A stretch of DNA of 63,909 nt from Octopus bimaculoides (taxonomy: Eukaryota). Position 1 is the first letter of the stretch; every line of letters starts with the position of its first letter. The notes under the pieces are model-generated. The model searched no databases. It was not told where the DNA came from and was given only the letters and a program-made list of their open reading frames with translations. Below, in pieces: positions 25,540 through 38,200 of the stretch. Position numbers and translations under genes: made by a program. Location of the stretch: assembly GCF_001194135.2 (NCBI RefSeq), contig NC_068981.1:151966913-152030821 (forward strand), written 5' to 3'.

Positions 25540-28500
25540 ATAATGCTGCAGTTCCCCATCCCAGGGTCTCACCGGCCCACACCTTCTACATCCTCAGAGT
25601 TGGCAGACTTAATGTTGGCACATTGAAAGGTAGATCTGGTGAAATTGTTGAGATGCTTGAACAGAGACATGTAGATTTTTGCTGCATCCAAGAAGTAAGG
25701 TGAAGAGGAAATTCTGCTAGGTTCCTCAAAGGCAAAGAATATATGTATAAGATTTTCTGGGTAGAGAACACTGATGGGGTTGGACGCGTGGGTATACTCC
25801 TTGCGGAGAAATGGGTTGATAAGGTAGTCAGAGTGTGTGATAGAATACTTAAGCTTAGACTAGTGCTGCAACATGGATTAGCAACCATTATTTCGGGCTA
25901 TGCCCCTCAGCCAGGGCTACCTGATGAACAGAAAGACCGATTTTATGACACCCTCTTGCAGACGACCTCATCAACAAACAACAGGTACCTTCTCATTGTG
26001 GCTGGTGACTTCAATGGGCATGTTGGACAACATGCAGGGGGCTTCTATGGTGTACATGGTGGTAATGGATTTGGTTCCTGCAATGAGGAGGGTTTTGTGA
26101 TGCAAATGATCTTATGATCTGTAATACTAACTTCTAGAAACCTACCAGTATAGTGGACACACTAGTCAGATTGACTACATTCTCACCAGGAAACTGGAAA
26201 GAAAGCAACTTATAAATGCCAAAACTTTCCCAGATGAAGAATGCACCCCACAACATAGGTTAGTAGTCAGTGACTTCAGGACCAGGGTTAAATGGCTGCC
26301 TGGAAGACAGCCAGCATGGTAAACAAGGATCTGGAAGCTTAAGGATCCTCTGAATTGACAGAGATTTAAAGACATGTTACTTGAAGCTTTTCATGAAAAA
26401 GAGTAGGATATAGCAGAATATAGCGGGATAACCTGTTGAGAGCTACTGACCAGATCTTTGGCTGGTGCAAAATCCCCTCTCGACCTAAGGTAATGTGGTG
26501 GTGGAAAAATGTAGTTGAAAGAGCCATTAGGGAAAAGAAACAGGCATGGAAGTGTGGTGGTAGCAGGGGACTGTTACAGATCACCAGAAGGGAAGCTATG
26601 AGAGAGCTTTACTTAACCAGAAGGGAAGCAGTTAAAAAAAAAATTGCTAATGTTCTGCATGATGAGGACCAGAGACTTGAACTGTTTCATATTGCAAAAC
26701 AGTGTGTGAGAGAGAATTTTGATGTCATAGGAGAGAAAGGTGTCCACATGGATGATGGCTCACTTGCATTTAATGCTGTTGCAAAGAGAGACACTTAGAG
26801 ACATCACTATGAAAGGTTGCTAAGTGAAGAGAATGAATGGGAGAAAAAGAGCCTGCCAAATGTCGACCCAACAGAGGGACCAGCTATTTGAATTGACAGT
26901 ACCTTGGTAGATAAAGCAATTAAGGGTACGAAGACAGAGAAAGCCTCTGGCCCATCAGGAATCACTGCTGAGATACTTAAAATATTTGGTGGTATAGACT
27001 ATAGTATACCCACTCATATAGTCAACCAGGTGATGCATGAAGGAGTCATACCCAATGACTGGTGTAGCAGTACTATAGTCAACTGCTACAAAAGGTAAAG
27101 GTGATGCATTAGATAGGAATAATTACAGAGGTATCAAATTGTTGGATCAGGTAATGAAAGTCAGAGAGAGAATCACAGCCCAACTAATAAGGGAGAGAGT
27201 TAGCTTAGATGAGATGCAGTTTGGGTTTGTGCCAAGAAGAAACACCACCGATGCTATATTTCTGGTAAAACAGTTGCAGGAGAAATTCCTAACCAAAATT
27301 AAGCCTCTGTACCTGGATTTCATTGACATGGAGAAAGCCTTGGACAGGGTCCGCCAATCCCTTATCTGGTGGTCAATGTGGAAACTAGTGATAGATGTGT
27401 GGTTGGTGAGAGCTGTACAAGCCATGTACAGAGATGCTGTCAGTAAGGTGAGGGTTGACAATGAGTATAGTGAAGAATTCCAGGTAAAAGTAGGGGTTCA
27501 CCAAGGATCAGTCCTCAGCCCCCTCTTATTCATCATAGTCCTCCAGGCAATAACAAAGGAATTCAAGACAGGCTATTCCTGGGAGCTCTTCTATAATGAT
27601 GACTTTGCTCTAATAGCTGAGTCACTACCGGAACTAGAGAAGAAGGTTCAGGTGTGGAAGCAAGGTCTAGAATTGAAAGGCCTTGATTCAATCTAGCAAA
27701 AAGCAAAGTCTTAGTAAGTAGGAAGACAGACAAATCACAAATCCCTTCAGGTAGATGGCCCTGCTCAATCTGTAGAAAAGGGGTAGGTAGAAACTCCATA
27801 AGATGTACCTTGTGCAAGCTATGTACACGTAAGAGGTGCAGCGATATCAAAGGAAGGCTAACTGGGAAGATAGTTTTTGTGTGTGACAGATGCTCAGGGG
27901 CAATAAACACCAAAGATGTACAGAAAACATATTCCATCAAATGCCAGAGAGAAAAAAACTAGTAGTTGATACTTCCATTACCTAAGTGACCAAGTTAGTA
28001 GCAGGGATGGATGCTCTGAGAGCATAGCTGCGTTAAGTGTCATACCCTAACAGTGAAGGGAACCTGTGGAAGAGGTAGACTCAGGAAGACATGGAATGAG
28101 GTAGTGAAGCCAAGTGAGGTTGTGGCCATGTCTGATGCCAGTGTTGCATAACTGGCTCCATTAAAAGTATCCTTCAATCGTTGGCAATATGCTGTGCTTG
28201 AGAAGACCCAATGCCAGTTTCACCTGACTGGCACCTGTGCCCGTGGCATGTAAAAAGCATCATTTAAGCGTGACCGATACCAATGCCGGCGGCATATAAA
28301 ATGCACTATTCAAGCATGGTCAATGCCAGTGCCAACTGACTGGCCTCAATGCCAGTGGCATATAAAAAGCACCATTCAAGCTTGGTTGACACTACTGACG
28401 CCTGACTGGCCCCCATCCATGCCGATGACATGTAAAAAGTATCCACTGCACACTCGGAGTGGTTAGTATTAAGAAAGGCACCCAGCTGTAGAAACCTTGC

Positions 28501-28610
28501 CAGATCAGATTGGACCTTAGTGCTGCCTCCTGGCTGGCCAGTCCTCAGTCAAACCGTCCAACCAATGCCAGCAAGGAAAGTGGACGTTAAACGACGATGA
28601 TGATAATGAA
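25540..28610 (+). mobile_element. Near full-length decayed RTE LINE (APE endonuclease + RT + PHD-like finger + 3' tail)
   Basis: LNVGTLKGRSGE...CCIQEVR, YAPQ, VAGDFNGHVG (endonuclease); MQFGFVP...FIDMEKALDRV...HQGSVLSPLLF...YNDD (RT); WPCSICRKGVGRNSIRCTLC...CDRC; multiple stops and frameshifts; gacgatgatgat tail. Confidence 0.92.
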
Positions 28611-28730
28611 CCTAGCAGTTCAGCAAAACAGACTTAGAATAAGTACTGGGATCAATTTATCCAACTAAAAACCTTAAAGGCGATGCCCCAGCATGGCTGC
28701 AGTTCTATGACTGAAACAAGTAACAGATAG

Positions 28731-28771
<41 letters not shown>

Positions 28772-29080
28772 GGATGGTGACGGAGAGTGAGTGAGAGAGA
28801 GAGAGAGAGAGTGTGTGTATGTGTGTCTACACATATATGTCTATTTTTGTATACATATATTGGAGCAAATGCTGCATTAAAGGGAGGTAACTCGGAGTTC
28901 AGTCCCTTGTGTAACACCTTGGGCAGGTGTTTTCTCTCATAGCCCTAGTTGACGAAAGTTTTTTGAGTAGTTTCGTTAAGAAGTCCATCTTGAGTATGTT
29001 TGTCTATATGTGTATGAGTTTTCATGAGAGCCAATGTGATAATGGATGGTTTCCCTGACCTGCTCGCTTATGATGTGGTC

Positions 29081-29822
29081 CAGATCATTAAAATGGAATG
29101 TGAAGTGGACAAAACTGAGCACTTTTGACACCATTTGCTTTTTGCATTTGCTTGAGGTTTTAAGACCGCTGATGCTGCTCGTGAGATTTGTGCTGTGTAT
29201 GGAGAAAGAGCAATGCCTCAAAGTACTGCTCACCATTGGTTTTTGTGCTTCAAAAATGGGAATTTTGATTTCAAGGATGGATCACACACTGGTCAACCAA
29301 TGAGTTTGATGAACCTTGCCCGTTGAGTAAAGTTGGTTCACCACAGCTTTTTTATCACAATCCATCTACTCCACTAATTCTATGGTCGTTTGACATGGGT
29401 TTTCATGAAGAAGTTGATTCAATCACTCTTCATTGAACTCAATTGGTCAACCGGTGTATGATCCGTCCTTGGGTTCAAAATCCCCATTACTGAAACGCGA
29501 AAACCAATAGCAGGCAGTATTTTGAGGCATTGCTCCTTCTCCATACACAGCACAAATCTTGGGAGCAGCTACAACAGGCTTAACACCTTGATCAAAGGTT
29601 AAAAGCAAATGTTGTCAAAAATGCTCAGTTTTGTCCACTTCACATTCCATTTTAATGATCTGAAAATACAAAAATCAATAAAATTAAAAAATCAAAGCAC
29701 ACTATCTTGTAGAGCAAAAAATTCTTTTTCAAATAACATAAAACGTTTTGCCAATGTATTTTATTTCTGTGTGCATTTTTTAATTTGAAGAGAATGCACA
29801 TGAATTTTTCCTCAACCCAATA
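29081..29822. mobile_element. Two inverted 5' halves of a mariner (foldback)
   Basis: Plus copy 29081-29312 and minus copy 29822-29310 both encode MECEVDKTEHF... helix-turn-helix N-termini. The minus copy starts with TIR-like tattgggttgaggaaaaattc. Confidence 0.8.
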
Positions 29823-29900
29823 TACACACACAAACACATATATATGTAAACATACATGTATATGTATACAAACACATATATGTATACACAGTTATATGTA

Positions 29901-31054
29901 TCAGGTCATCCCATAAGTTCTGTCCGATTTTACCTTTCTTAATATTGAATGAAATTTAATAGTATTTTTTAATGTCTAATGGAATTAAAAATTATTTTTA
30001 TGCATTTGTGTACATTTAAACTAATTAAATATTATTTTACAGAATAATAGAATTAAAATTTGATTAAAACCCTTTCTAACATGGAAGTATCCAAAGAGCA
30101 TTTCAGGCACATAATGCTTTATGAGAACAAAAAAGGAAACTCTGCAGCTGAAGTGACTTGAAACATACACTCAGTTTATGGGAAAGAGTGCTTGAATGAA
30201 AGAACTTGCAGAAGATGGTTTGCAAAATTCAGAAGTGGAGATTTCAGCCTTGAAGATGGAGATTAAACAGGACGTCCAGTTAAGTTTGATGATTAGCTCC
30301 TTGAGGCATTAGCTGAAGAAAATCCTGCATTATCAGTTGAAGAATTGGCAATAAAGCTTAGTTCAAACCATACAACTGTTCATCAACTTCGAAAGGTTCC
30401 TAAACTTGGAAAATGGGTGCCTCATGAATTGTCCGAAAGCAACCGCAAATCCCAAGTTGATATCCGCTCTTCTTTCAACCACAATCAAGAAGGAAACTTC
30501 ATGGGAAAAAGGTTTTTCTCTCCATCTGGTGGGATTGCAAAGGAGTAATTCACTTTGAATTGTTACCACCTAATGCAGCAATCAATGCTCAAGTCTACTG
30601 TCAGCAATTAGTGCGGTTGAACCAAGCTTTGAAGAAAAAGAACCGCTTTAGTGAATCGAAAAGGAGTGATGTTTCATCAGGACAATATGCAACCCCACAC
30701 TGCAAAAATTACACATCACAGAAGATCAAAGAACTTGGTTGAGAAAAAATTCCTCATCCGCCTTATTCTCCCAACCTTGCTCCTTCAGACTACCATTTGT
30801 TTCGTAGTTTACAGAATCATTTGCGGGACATAACTTTCGCAAGCCAGGAGGATGTTGAAACTGACATTTCAGAGTTCTTTGCTTTGACACCAAAAATGTT
30901 TTACATTGATGGGATTAAAAAGCTTGTAAATAGATGGAAGGAAGTCATAGATAATCAGGGAAAGTACATTGAGGATTAAATTTCAATTATATATAACATT
31001 TGATCACTTGTTTTCTTTATTCAAAATTCAGACAGAACTTATGGGATGACCTGA
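29901..31054 (+). mobile_element. Mos1-like mariner, internally deleted
   Basis: TIRs tcaggtcatcccataagttctgtc / gacagaacttatgggatgacctga with TA on both sides. Fragments MEVSKEHFRHIMLY, GKWVPHEL, MFHQDN, PPYSPNLAPSDY and RWKEVIDNQGKYIED*. The first catalytic Asp region is missing. Confidence 0.93.
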
Positions 31055-31082
31055 TACAGATGTGTGTATATATAGATTGCTA

Positions 31083-31131
<49 letters not shown>

Positions 31132-31599
31132 GTGTGTGTGTAAAGTTTGAGACTCAAGTGAATTATGTCCTTAAGAAGTAAAGCACAAAGGTCGGGTAAG
31201 TGAAATCGCTATGGCATACAAACAATATTTTAGGAACAAATATGTACTTATTAAAGTAAACATTGATTTATATACCAGTTGTATGTGCAATCACAAACAG
31301 CTGCTTCAATATACCACAAGTCTCAGGGCTGCACTTGGGTACAAACATGGCACCAACAGTACTGCACTCAATAGACTCCAGATCCATGTGAAATGCAGGT
31401 TGCAAGTAAGTTGAATAATAACAAATAACAACATATGGATTGTCATTCACTTGCTACAGCTGTTTCAGATGTGCTTTTTATCAATGAATAGAGTTATTAC
31501 ATCATGCAAAAGAAAAAAACGTTTTCATCAGGTGAATATAAGCATGAATTAAACATTTCAAACATCTTAAATTTCAAAGTAAATGCTGTTTCATGACTC

Positions 31600-32256
31600 T
31601 CAAGCCATAATTTGGTCAAAGACTCATTGTTCATATAACATCTGTGCACTCCAATTGAGACTCAACATATTACTTTTTACTAACACACAGATCATGCATT
31701 CTATTCACCTCTACAACACAAATCTCTTAACCTTCATCTATAATCAATCTCAGCTGTCTATGCTACAATTTGCACTCATATTTCACTCAAGAAAAAAGGG
31801 ATGTCTGCGAAAATCTGGGATTCCACTCACCCAACATTCACTTCTTCCATCTAACTATCTGCAACAAAGACTTCCTGTTATTCAAGTTCAAAGTCTCTCA
31901 TCCATAGTCTTCCAAACAGATCTGTTTTCTCTACCCTTCTTTTGAGCTCTTCCAACAACTAACAATTCTTTCATCATGTTTTGCATCAATGACAGCCGTT
32001 TCATTTTATTCATCCCATTTGAAATCATTGTCCTTGGTGACATCAACACTCAAAAATTCTTCTAGCTTTTCACATTCATCCATTACTGATGCTGCCAATC
32101 AGAAACCAAATTGTTCAGTCCTTTACCACATATATCAACCAGTTTCATTACCTATTTGCATCCCTGACTGATGCATAGTCACACCATACATCCATAATCT
32201 CTTTCTCATTTCCAAATCCAACATCTGACAAATCATCATCATCTCTCAATCTCTGC
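31600..32256 (+). mobile_element. CR1/Jockey-group LINE endonuclease fragment
   Basis: EIIVLGDINT (GDFN-like motif) near 32020; inverted copy of 34585-35216. Confidence 0.7.
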
Positions 32257-32257
32257 C

Positions 32258-33404
32258 AGAAATTTGGAAATGACATGTGCTGCTTGGCATACACACCAGA
32301 AGCTCCAATGTAAACATTTCAGAGTGTTTGCGTGTCAATCTGAGGGCAGTGAAGGGGATTTGGAAAGAGTTGGATGAGTCTAATGGTTATTATGAAGGTA
32401 TAGCAGCTCAGAAAATTCACTCTGATTGTTCTGATAAGAAAAGAACTCCTGAATTTTTTGGTGAGATCTTGGCCATGATTGACAACGATCCTTCCAAATC
32501 AATCAGGCCCATCATCAGGGACATGGGGGTGTCTGAGTTTCTTATCAGGCAGGTAATGCATGAAAACATTTGGTATTCCTCATACAAAATGAGAAAGCGC
32601 CAATTTTTATCCCAAGTCATCAAGGACAAGAGGAAAGACCATGCTATGAAGCTTTTGAACAAACTCAAGTGTCCCCTCCAACCGAACATACTTTGGTTTT
32701 TCTCACACAGGAGAAATTTTTGTCAGGATCAGATGGTGAATATACAGAACAACTGTTGGCTTGCCGTGTCCCCAAAACATGTACCAGAGTGATAAAAATC
32801 AAGCATGTAGTCAACACCATGGTGCTTGGAGTGATCACTAGTGATGGCAACATTATGCATCCATTCATCTTCCCACACAGCCTCAGACTCAACATGGAGA
32901 CCTACATAAAGTGTCTGGAGAAGGTAGTGTTGCCCTAGGTCAAGAGGGTGGCTGCTGGAAAACCTTGTGTCTGGCAACAGGACTCTGCACCATGCTACAC
33001 AAGCAAGAGAACCCAGTCATGGCTATCAGACAATTTCTACGACCACATCACCCCTAACATCTGGCCACTTAACTCTCCAGATTGCAACGCCCTTGATTAT
33101 AATGTGTTGGTTGCAGTTGTGCAAGAGACCAACAAAACACCTTGTAACGCCAAAGGTGAGCTGAAGGCAAGAATTATGGCAGTATTCACCAACTTAAAAC
33201 AAGGAGACTGTCCAAAAGAGTTGCGGAAGATTCCAAAGTCTGTAAGGTGTGGTTGAAGCCAATGGCGATTTTGTTGAATAAATTTAGTCTTTAGTATTTG
33301 AAGATATTTTTATTTAATTCTGGTAAATATATCAGTTAAAATCAGATGTTAATGCTATTTCCATTTTTGCATAATTTAAATGACAGTTTATTCACCACAC
33401 CCAG
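32258..33404 (+). mobile_element. maT-family (DD37D) Tc1/mariner remnant
   Basis: WFFSHRRNF (decayed FSDEKNF) and WQQDSAP...WPLNSPDCNALDY, with 37 residues between the last two Asp. Right end ...ttcaccacacccag followed by TA. Confidence 0.85.
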
Positions 33405-33424
33405 TATATATATATATATATATA

Positions 33425-35220
33425 TAGCCAGGAAATCACTGATCAAAGAGATGAAAGATACATGGAATCCATAAGCAGGAAGTTTTGATAGTAGATTTGT
33501 GTTTCTGATCCATGTAAGTTTTGTTTTAATCATGAGCAACAACACTGCTTTCCATAAATTTCTCCAGTATGAGTGCCAACTGGTGGTTGACATAGGAGAG
33601 TAGGTCACAAGTAAATCTGGTTTTATAAAAGTTGTATTGCAAGACATGTGGAGAAGGTAGCTCTTTAAGGCAGTTCCCTCATCTTTACAATGTTGTTAGT
33701 AAGATAGAATGATAGAAGTTAGTGTGAAGGTAGTTGACAGGATCAGAATCCTTACCTTTCTTTGGAGAAGTACATTGGGATATAGCTCACTACAGACTGA
33801 ACTATATCCCACTACAAAGAAGATAGAAGGTTCAATGAGTAAAGAGAATAAAGAAATGGACATTGTTAATGTAGATAAAATTTTTGACTTGAAGTGACCA
33901 GAGGCATTTTCCCACTTGGCATAGATGTGTGCATGGTGCTGAGCCTGGTAGAGTTAAATTAGTTTTGGAAGAGATCTAGCTAGTGTATGCAGTATGGAGT
34001 TCAAATGGATTCTTTTACTGCATGAGCATTGAGCATAGAACCATCATTCTTGAAAAGTGGAGAAAAGGCATTTTCCACAAAATAGGTAGAGATAAAAAAA
34101 TTCCTAGTTTACAAAGTTGGAAACCTTGCGTGTTTGGTGATGCACAGAAGCCTCCTTTGCTAATTAAGATGGGGTCTTTCATGAGTTGCAATGAGAGACG
34201 AAAGCAGTACAATTTGAATGCCTGGGTAATTTTCTCTAAAGCAGTACAATTTGAATGCCTGGGTAATTTTCTCTAAAGCAGTACAATTTGAATGCCTGGG
34301 TAATTTTCTCTAAGCATTGTAAGCTGTTTTTTAACTGAATTCTTGCTGCTACTCTTTGTTTGTGTGTGATATATGCAAAAACATACTTAAGACAATGGTT
34401 TTGGTTACCCACCTAGCTGTTTTTGGTGGTACAAGGGTGCACCATATGTGCTGCCAGAAATAGAATAGATCTGGTGGAGTTTCAATTTATTAGTTAGCTT
34501 GAAATGCCACAGGGTTTGCAAAGTGGGGGTTTGTGTAAAATGTGAATGTGTAAATAGTTATGATAATCCAGTGGTGGGACTACCTCAGAGATAGAGAGAG
34601 GATGATGACCTGGTAGATGCTGGATTTAGAAACGAGAAAGAGATTATGGATGTATGGTGTGACTATGCATCAGCCAGGGATGCAAATAGGTGATGAAACT
34701 AGTTGATATATATAGTAAAAGACTGGGAAAAATTTGGTTTCTGATTGGCAGCATCAGTAACGGGTGAATCTGAAAACCTAGAATTTTGAGTGGTGGTATC
34801 ACCAAGGACAATGATTTCAAATGGAGCGAATAAAGTGAAACAGATGTCATTGATGCAAAACATAATATGATGAGAGAGTTTTTAGTTGTTGGGGGAGCTC
34901 AAAGAAGGGTAGAGAAAACAGATCTGCTTAGCAGAATATGGGTGAGAGACTTTGAACCTGAATAACTGGAGGTCTTTGTTGCTTATAGTTAGATGGAAGA
35001 AGTGAGTGGTGGGTGAGTGGAATCCAGATTTTCAGACATCCCCTTTTTCTTGAGTGAAATATGAATACAGATTGTAGCATGGACAGCAGAGACTAATTAT
35101 AGATAAAGGTTAAGAGATTTATGTCTTAGAGATGAATAGAATGCATGGTTGTGTGTTAGTAAAAAGTAATATGTTGAGTCCCAATTGGAGTGCACAGATG
35201 TTATATGAACAATGGGTTTA
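33425..35220 (-). mobile_element. Decayed CR1/Jockey-group LINE (endonuclease to mid-RT)
   Basis: NLLSKLPAYGFHVSFISLISDFL (RT region after the KAFD motif) at 33430-33520; endonuclease region homologous to 31600-32256. Confidence 0.75.
34202..34312. repeat. Perfect 37-bp tandem triplication inside the LINE
   Basis: aagcagtacaatttgaatgcctgggtaattttctcta x3, with no spacers. Confidence 0.95.
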
Positions 35221-38200
35221 GTTTTAGATTTTGTCATTCAGGCAAGGTTGTTGGGACACTGTTAAGTTACAACAAGTCCCTGTCTGAAAGCTGGTCCAAA
35301 TGCACATTGTTCAAAAATATTTTGATAATAGAATAGATAACTTAATGATTAAAAAGGCATATTAGCTGCTTTCAAAATAAACTAACTTTAACACATACAA
35401 ATAAATTATAATAGAAAGACAATGTCATGATAATAAACGATATATCAGAATATAATCAATGAAAGAGATATGTATCATTACTTCGTTTGTTAGAGAAACC
35501 AAAGCTGAAATTGAAAATAACATTTATATAAATTTTTATCAATGTATATCAAAACAAAAATTAAAATAAATTTTCTAGATTTTTATTCTATGCATAAAGT
35601 GTATTTATTGCATATATACATTTAAATACATCAACAATATCTGCATATTGGTGCAGGGCAGGAGAAAAAATCTTCATGCATTCTAAGTGTAAGAGTCCAG
35701 TTCACCAGGAAAATATCACAGCAATCACAGATGCAAGTATTATCAGCTTGGTAAAAAGGAAAGTAATCCCAATCGAAAGATTGAAGGGTAGATCAAAGAC
35801 CAGAAACACTTGGTTGCGGTATATTGGTTGTTTATTGAACATACAATTTGCAATAGTAATGTATTGATTCCAAATGCAGGAGGGAAAAGGTATGGGAAGA
35901 GTTTAACATTCTGGATTTTGAAGGACAACAAACATTCTAATTGAAAGGGAAATATAGAGTAGCATATTTCAAGATTGTACAATGGCTCAAGCAAAAAGTT
36001 GGTGGGCAGCATTCAGGAAGTCATATTTGTATGATTTTTTTTTTTTTTTTTCCATAGTTCTAAACAAATTCAGTTCTTCACCAATAAAAATCCAGTTGGT
36101 AATATCATATAGCACAAATTCTTATATTCAAAGGATAAAATACTGGAATTTATTGTTTACCAAACTTTTTTAAAATAGCAAATAAAATTAATAGAAAATA
36201 AAAATAATGAACATTAACTGTACCTATTGTTACTTATTAAAAAGTAATTTAAATATTTAAATACATTTTGTAAACGAAATCATTCGTATTGTAAATATTT
36301 TGAATAGAAATATGTGTTAAATATGCATCATTTTATTGTTTTATTATTAAAATCAGTGGCTTTTTGTCTGTAAAACATCTAAATTCCCAAACTTTTCCCT
36401 ATAATCAAGCACCTAAAACTCTTCAGTTTAAGTGCTTAAATAAAACTTAATTTTAAACTAAAATATCAATTCCATTAGAAAATTAAAATGCATGATAATA
36501 ATATAGTTCTGGAGTCACATGCAAGTTATAAACTCTAGAGCTAATTTATAAAAATAATCATGCTCAGCTAAATATCTATAAAGCCAGGTTAACATTTATC
36601 TAGTACTCAAAAGGACATTTTTTTTATATCTATCTGAAATTGCAACATTTAAATTAGATATTAAACTTTAGTGTTAAGTAATTAATTTTAAAAAAAGGTA
36701 GTGTGTGTACCTGTGTATGTGTGTGTGTGTATATGTAGATATATACATATATATATATACACATACACATACACACATACATACATACTTATATTGTGAT
36801 TATTACAGAGGTATGGAATTTTGTTATTATTTATCTCTTTGATTATTTAACCTAATTTAACTATTAATATGCATGATTATGATAACAAAATTCCACACTG
36901 TCTACCATGTTGATTTAATAAAAGTATGCTGATTTTTCAGTGTTTGATAATGCAATCACCAAATGCAGTTTCATAAATAAATTACCAGCTTAGGCTTGCA
37001 TCATCAAATAAGTTTAAAGCATATCACATCATTATACAACATGGTGAAGCTCTAATTTGTAATTAGAATTTTTTTTTGTCAGTAATATGCAGTTTACTTT
37101 TTGATACTGCACCTAAAATAAAAATAGAAAAGGAGGAAATCAGAAATGCTACATATAAACAATATTCAAGGAGAAGAAGTTCTTTAAGTCATCCTCAATA
37201 AAATAGTTTATTTTACATACAGTTATGTTTACCTGAAAGCATTTATAATTGAAACTTTAACTAAATAATTTGTAATGTATTACTTGTTTCTCTAAAACCT
37301 AATTAAAAACATTCTATATAATTAATAAAGCTCTTCAATTCATTCATTTCAGTGCTTACTTCAGAAAATGAATTAATAATTAATTATAAAGCATACAAAA
37401 TCGTTATGATTATCTTGGAAATATTTGAAAGAATAAATTTTACAACTTCTCCTTGAAAAATTATCTACTAATTTGAAATGCTTACCAAAATGGATAAGTA
37501 AAGAAAAAGGAAATATCACAACATTTAAATTTTTGTTAACATGCACCAACATATGCGTTACAAGCACCAATAGCATTAATATGTGCAGATGTATTTAATA
37601 AGTAAAGCGAGCTTGCAAATTTCAGTAACATAAAAGAATTTCAAAAATGAATACACTGATTGGTTGTTATGAATGGAAACTGCAATATTAGTCAGTGCTT
37701 TTAATGTTGCACTGAAATATTTTCATTAAACCTTTGCAATATTTTTGTTAAATATTTCTTTTTTTCTTCCAGATAGAACCAATACTTAATCTTCTTAACA
37801 CCACTGGCACTTTTTTTATGCATTAATGGGTTATCAGACTAACAAAAGAAATTTGTTTATAATTTATGGCAGTAGTTCATATCCTTTAAACAGGACTACT
37901 CCAATTCTCTTTTAGGGTTGAAACATTATCATGCTACATCAAAGGAATCTTTTATTTAGGCTGCATGACCAGCTATTTCCTCAAAATGTTATGATCAAAA
38001 AGTAAGCCTAGTTTGAATTTGATATATAAACTACATATAAAATTGTATTTAGAAAATTTTTAATTATTGAAAATCCAGTCATTCCCATATAAATAATTTA
38101 TTCTTCTGTTTTTTTTTTTTCTACAAAATTCTCTAGAACCCCTTCCCATGTTTTGTAAGATTGTACAAGATAAATAAGGTAACACTTAATATTTACATAT

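Noticed and set aside
34202-34312. Three identical 37-bp repeats of CRISPR-like length
   Set aside because: Head-to-tail with no spacers, inside a LINE, in a eukaryotic genome, with no cas genes: a simple tandem triplication.
35743-36012. 89-aa hydrophobic minus-strand ORF downstream of the FN3 gene
   Set aside because: Stop immediately upstream, no usable phase-1 acceptor seen, no recognisable motif; hydrophobicity is expected from T-rich DNA.
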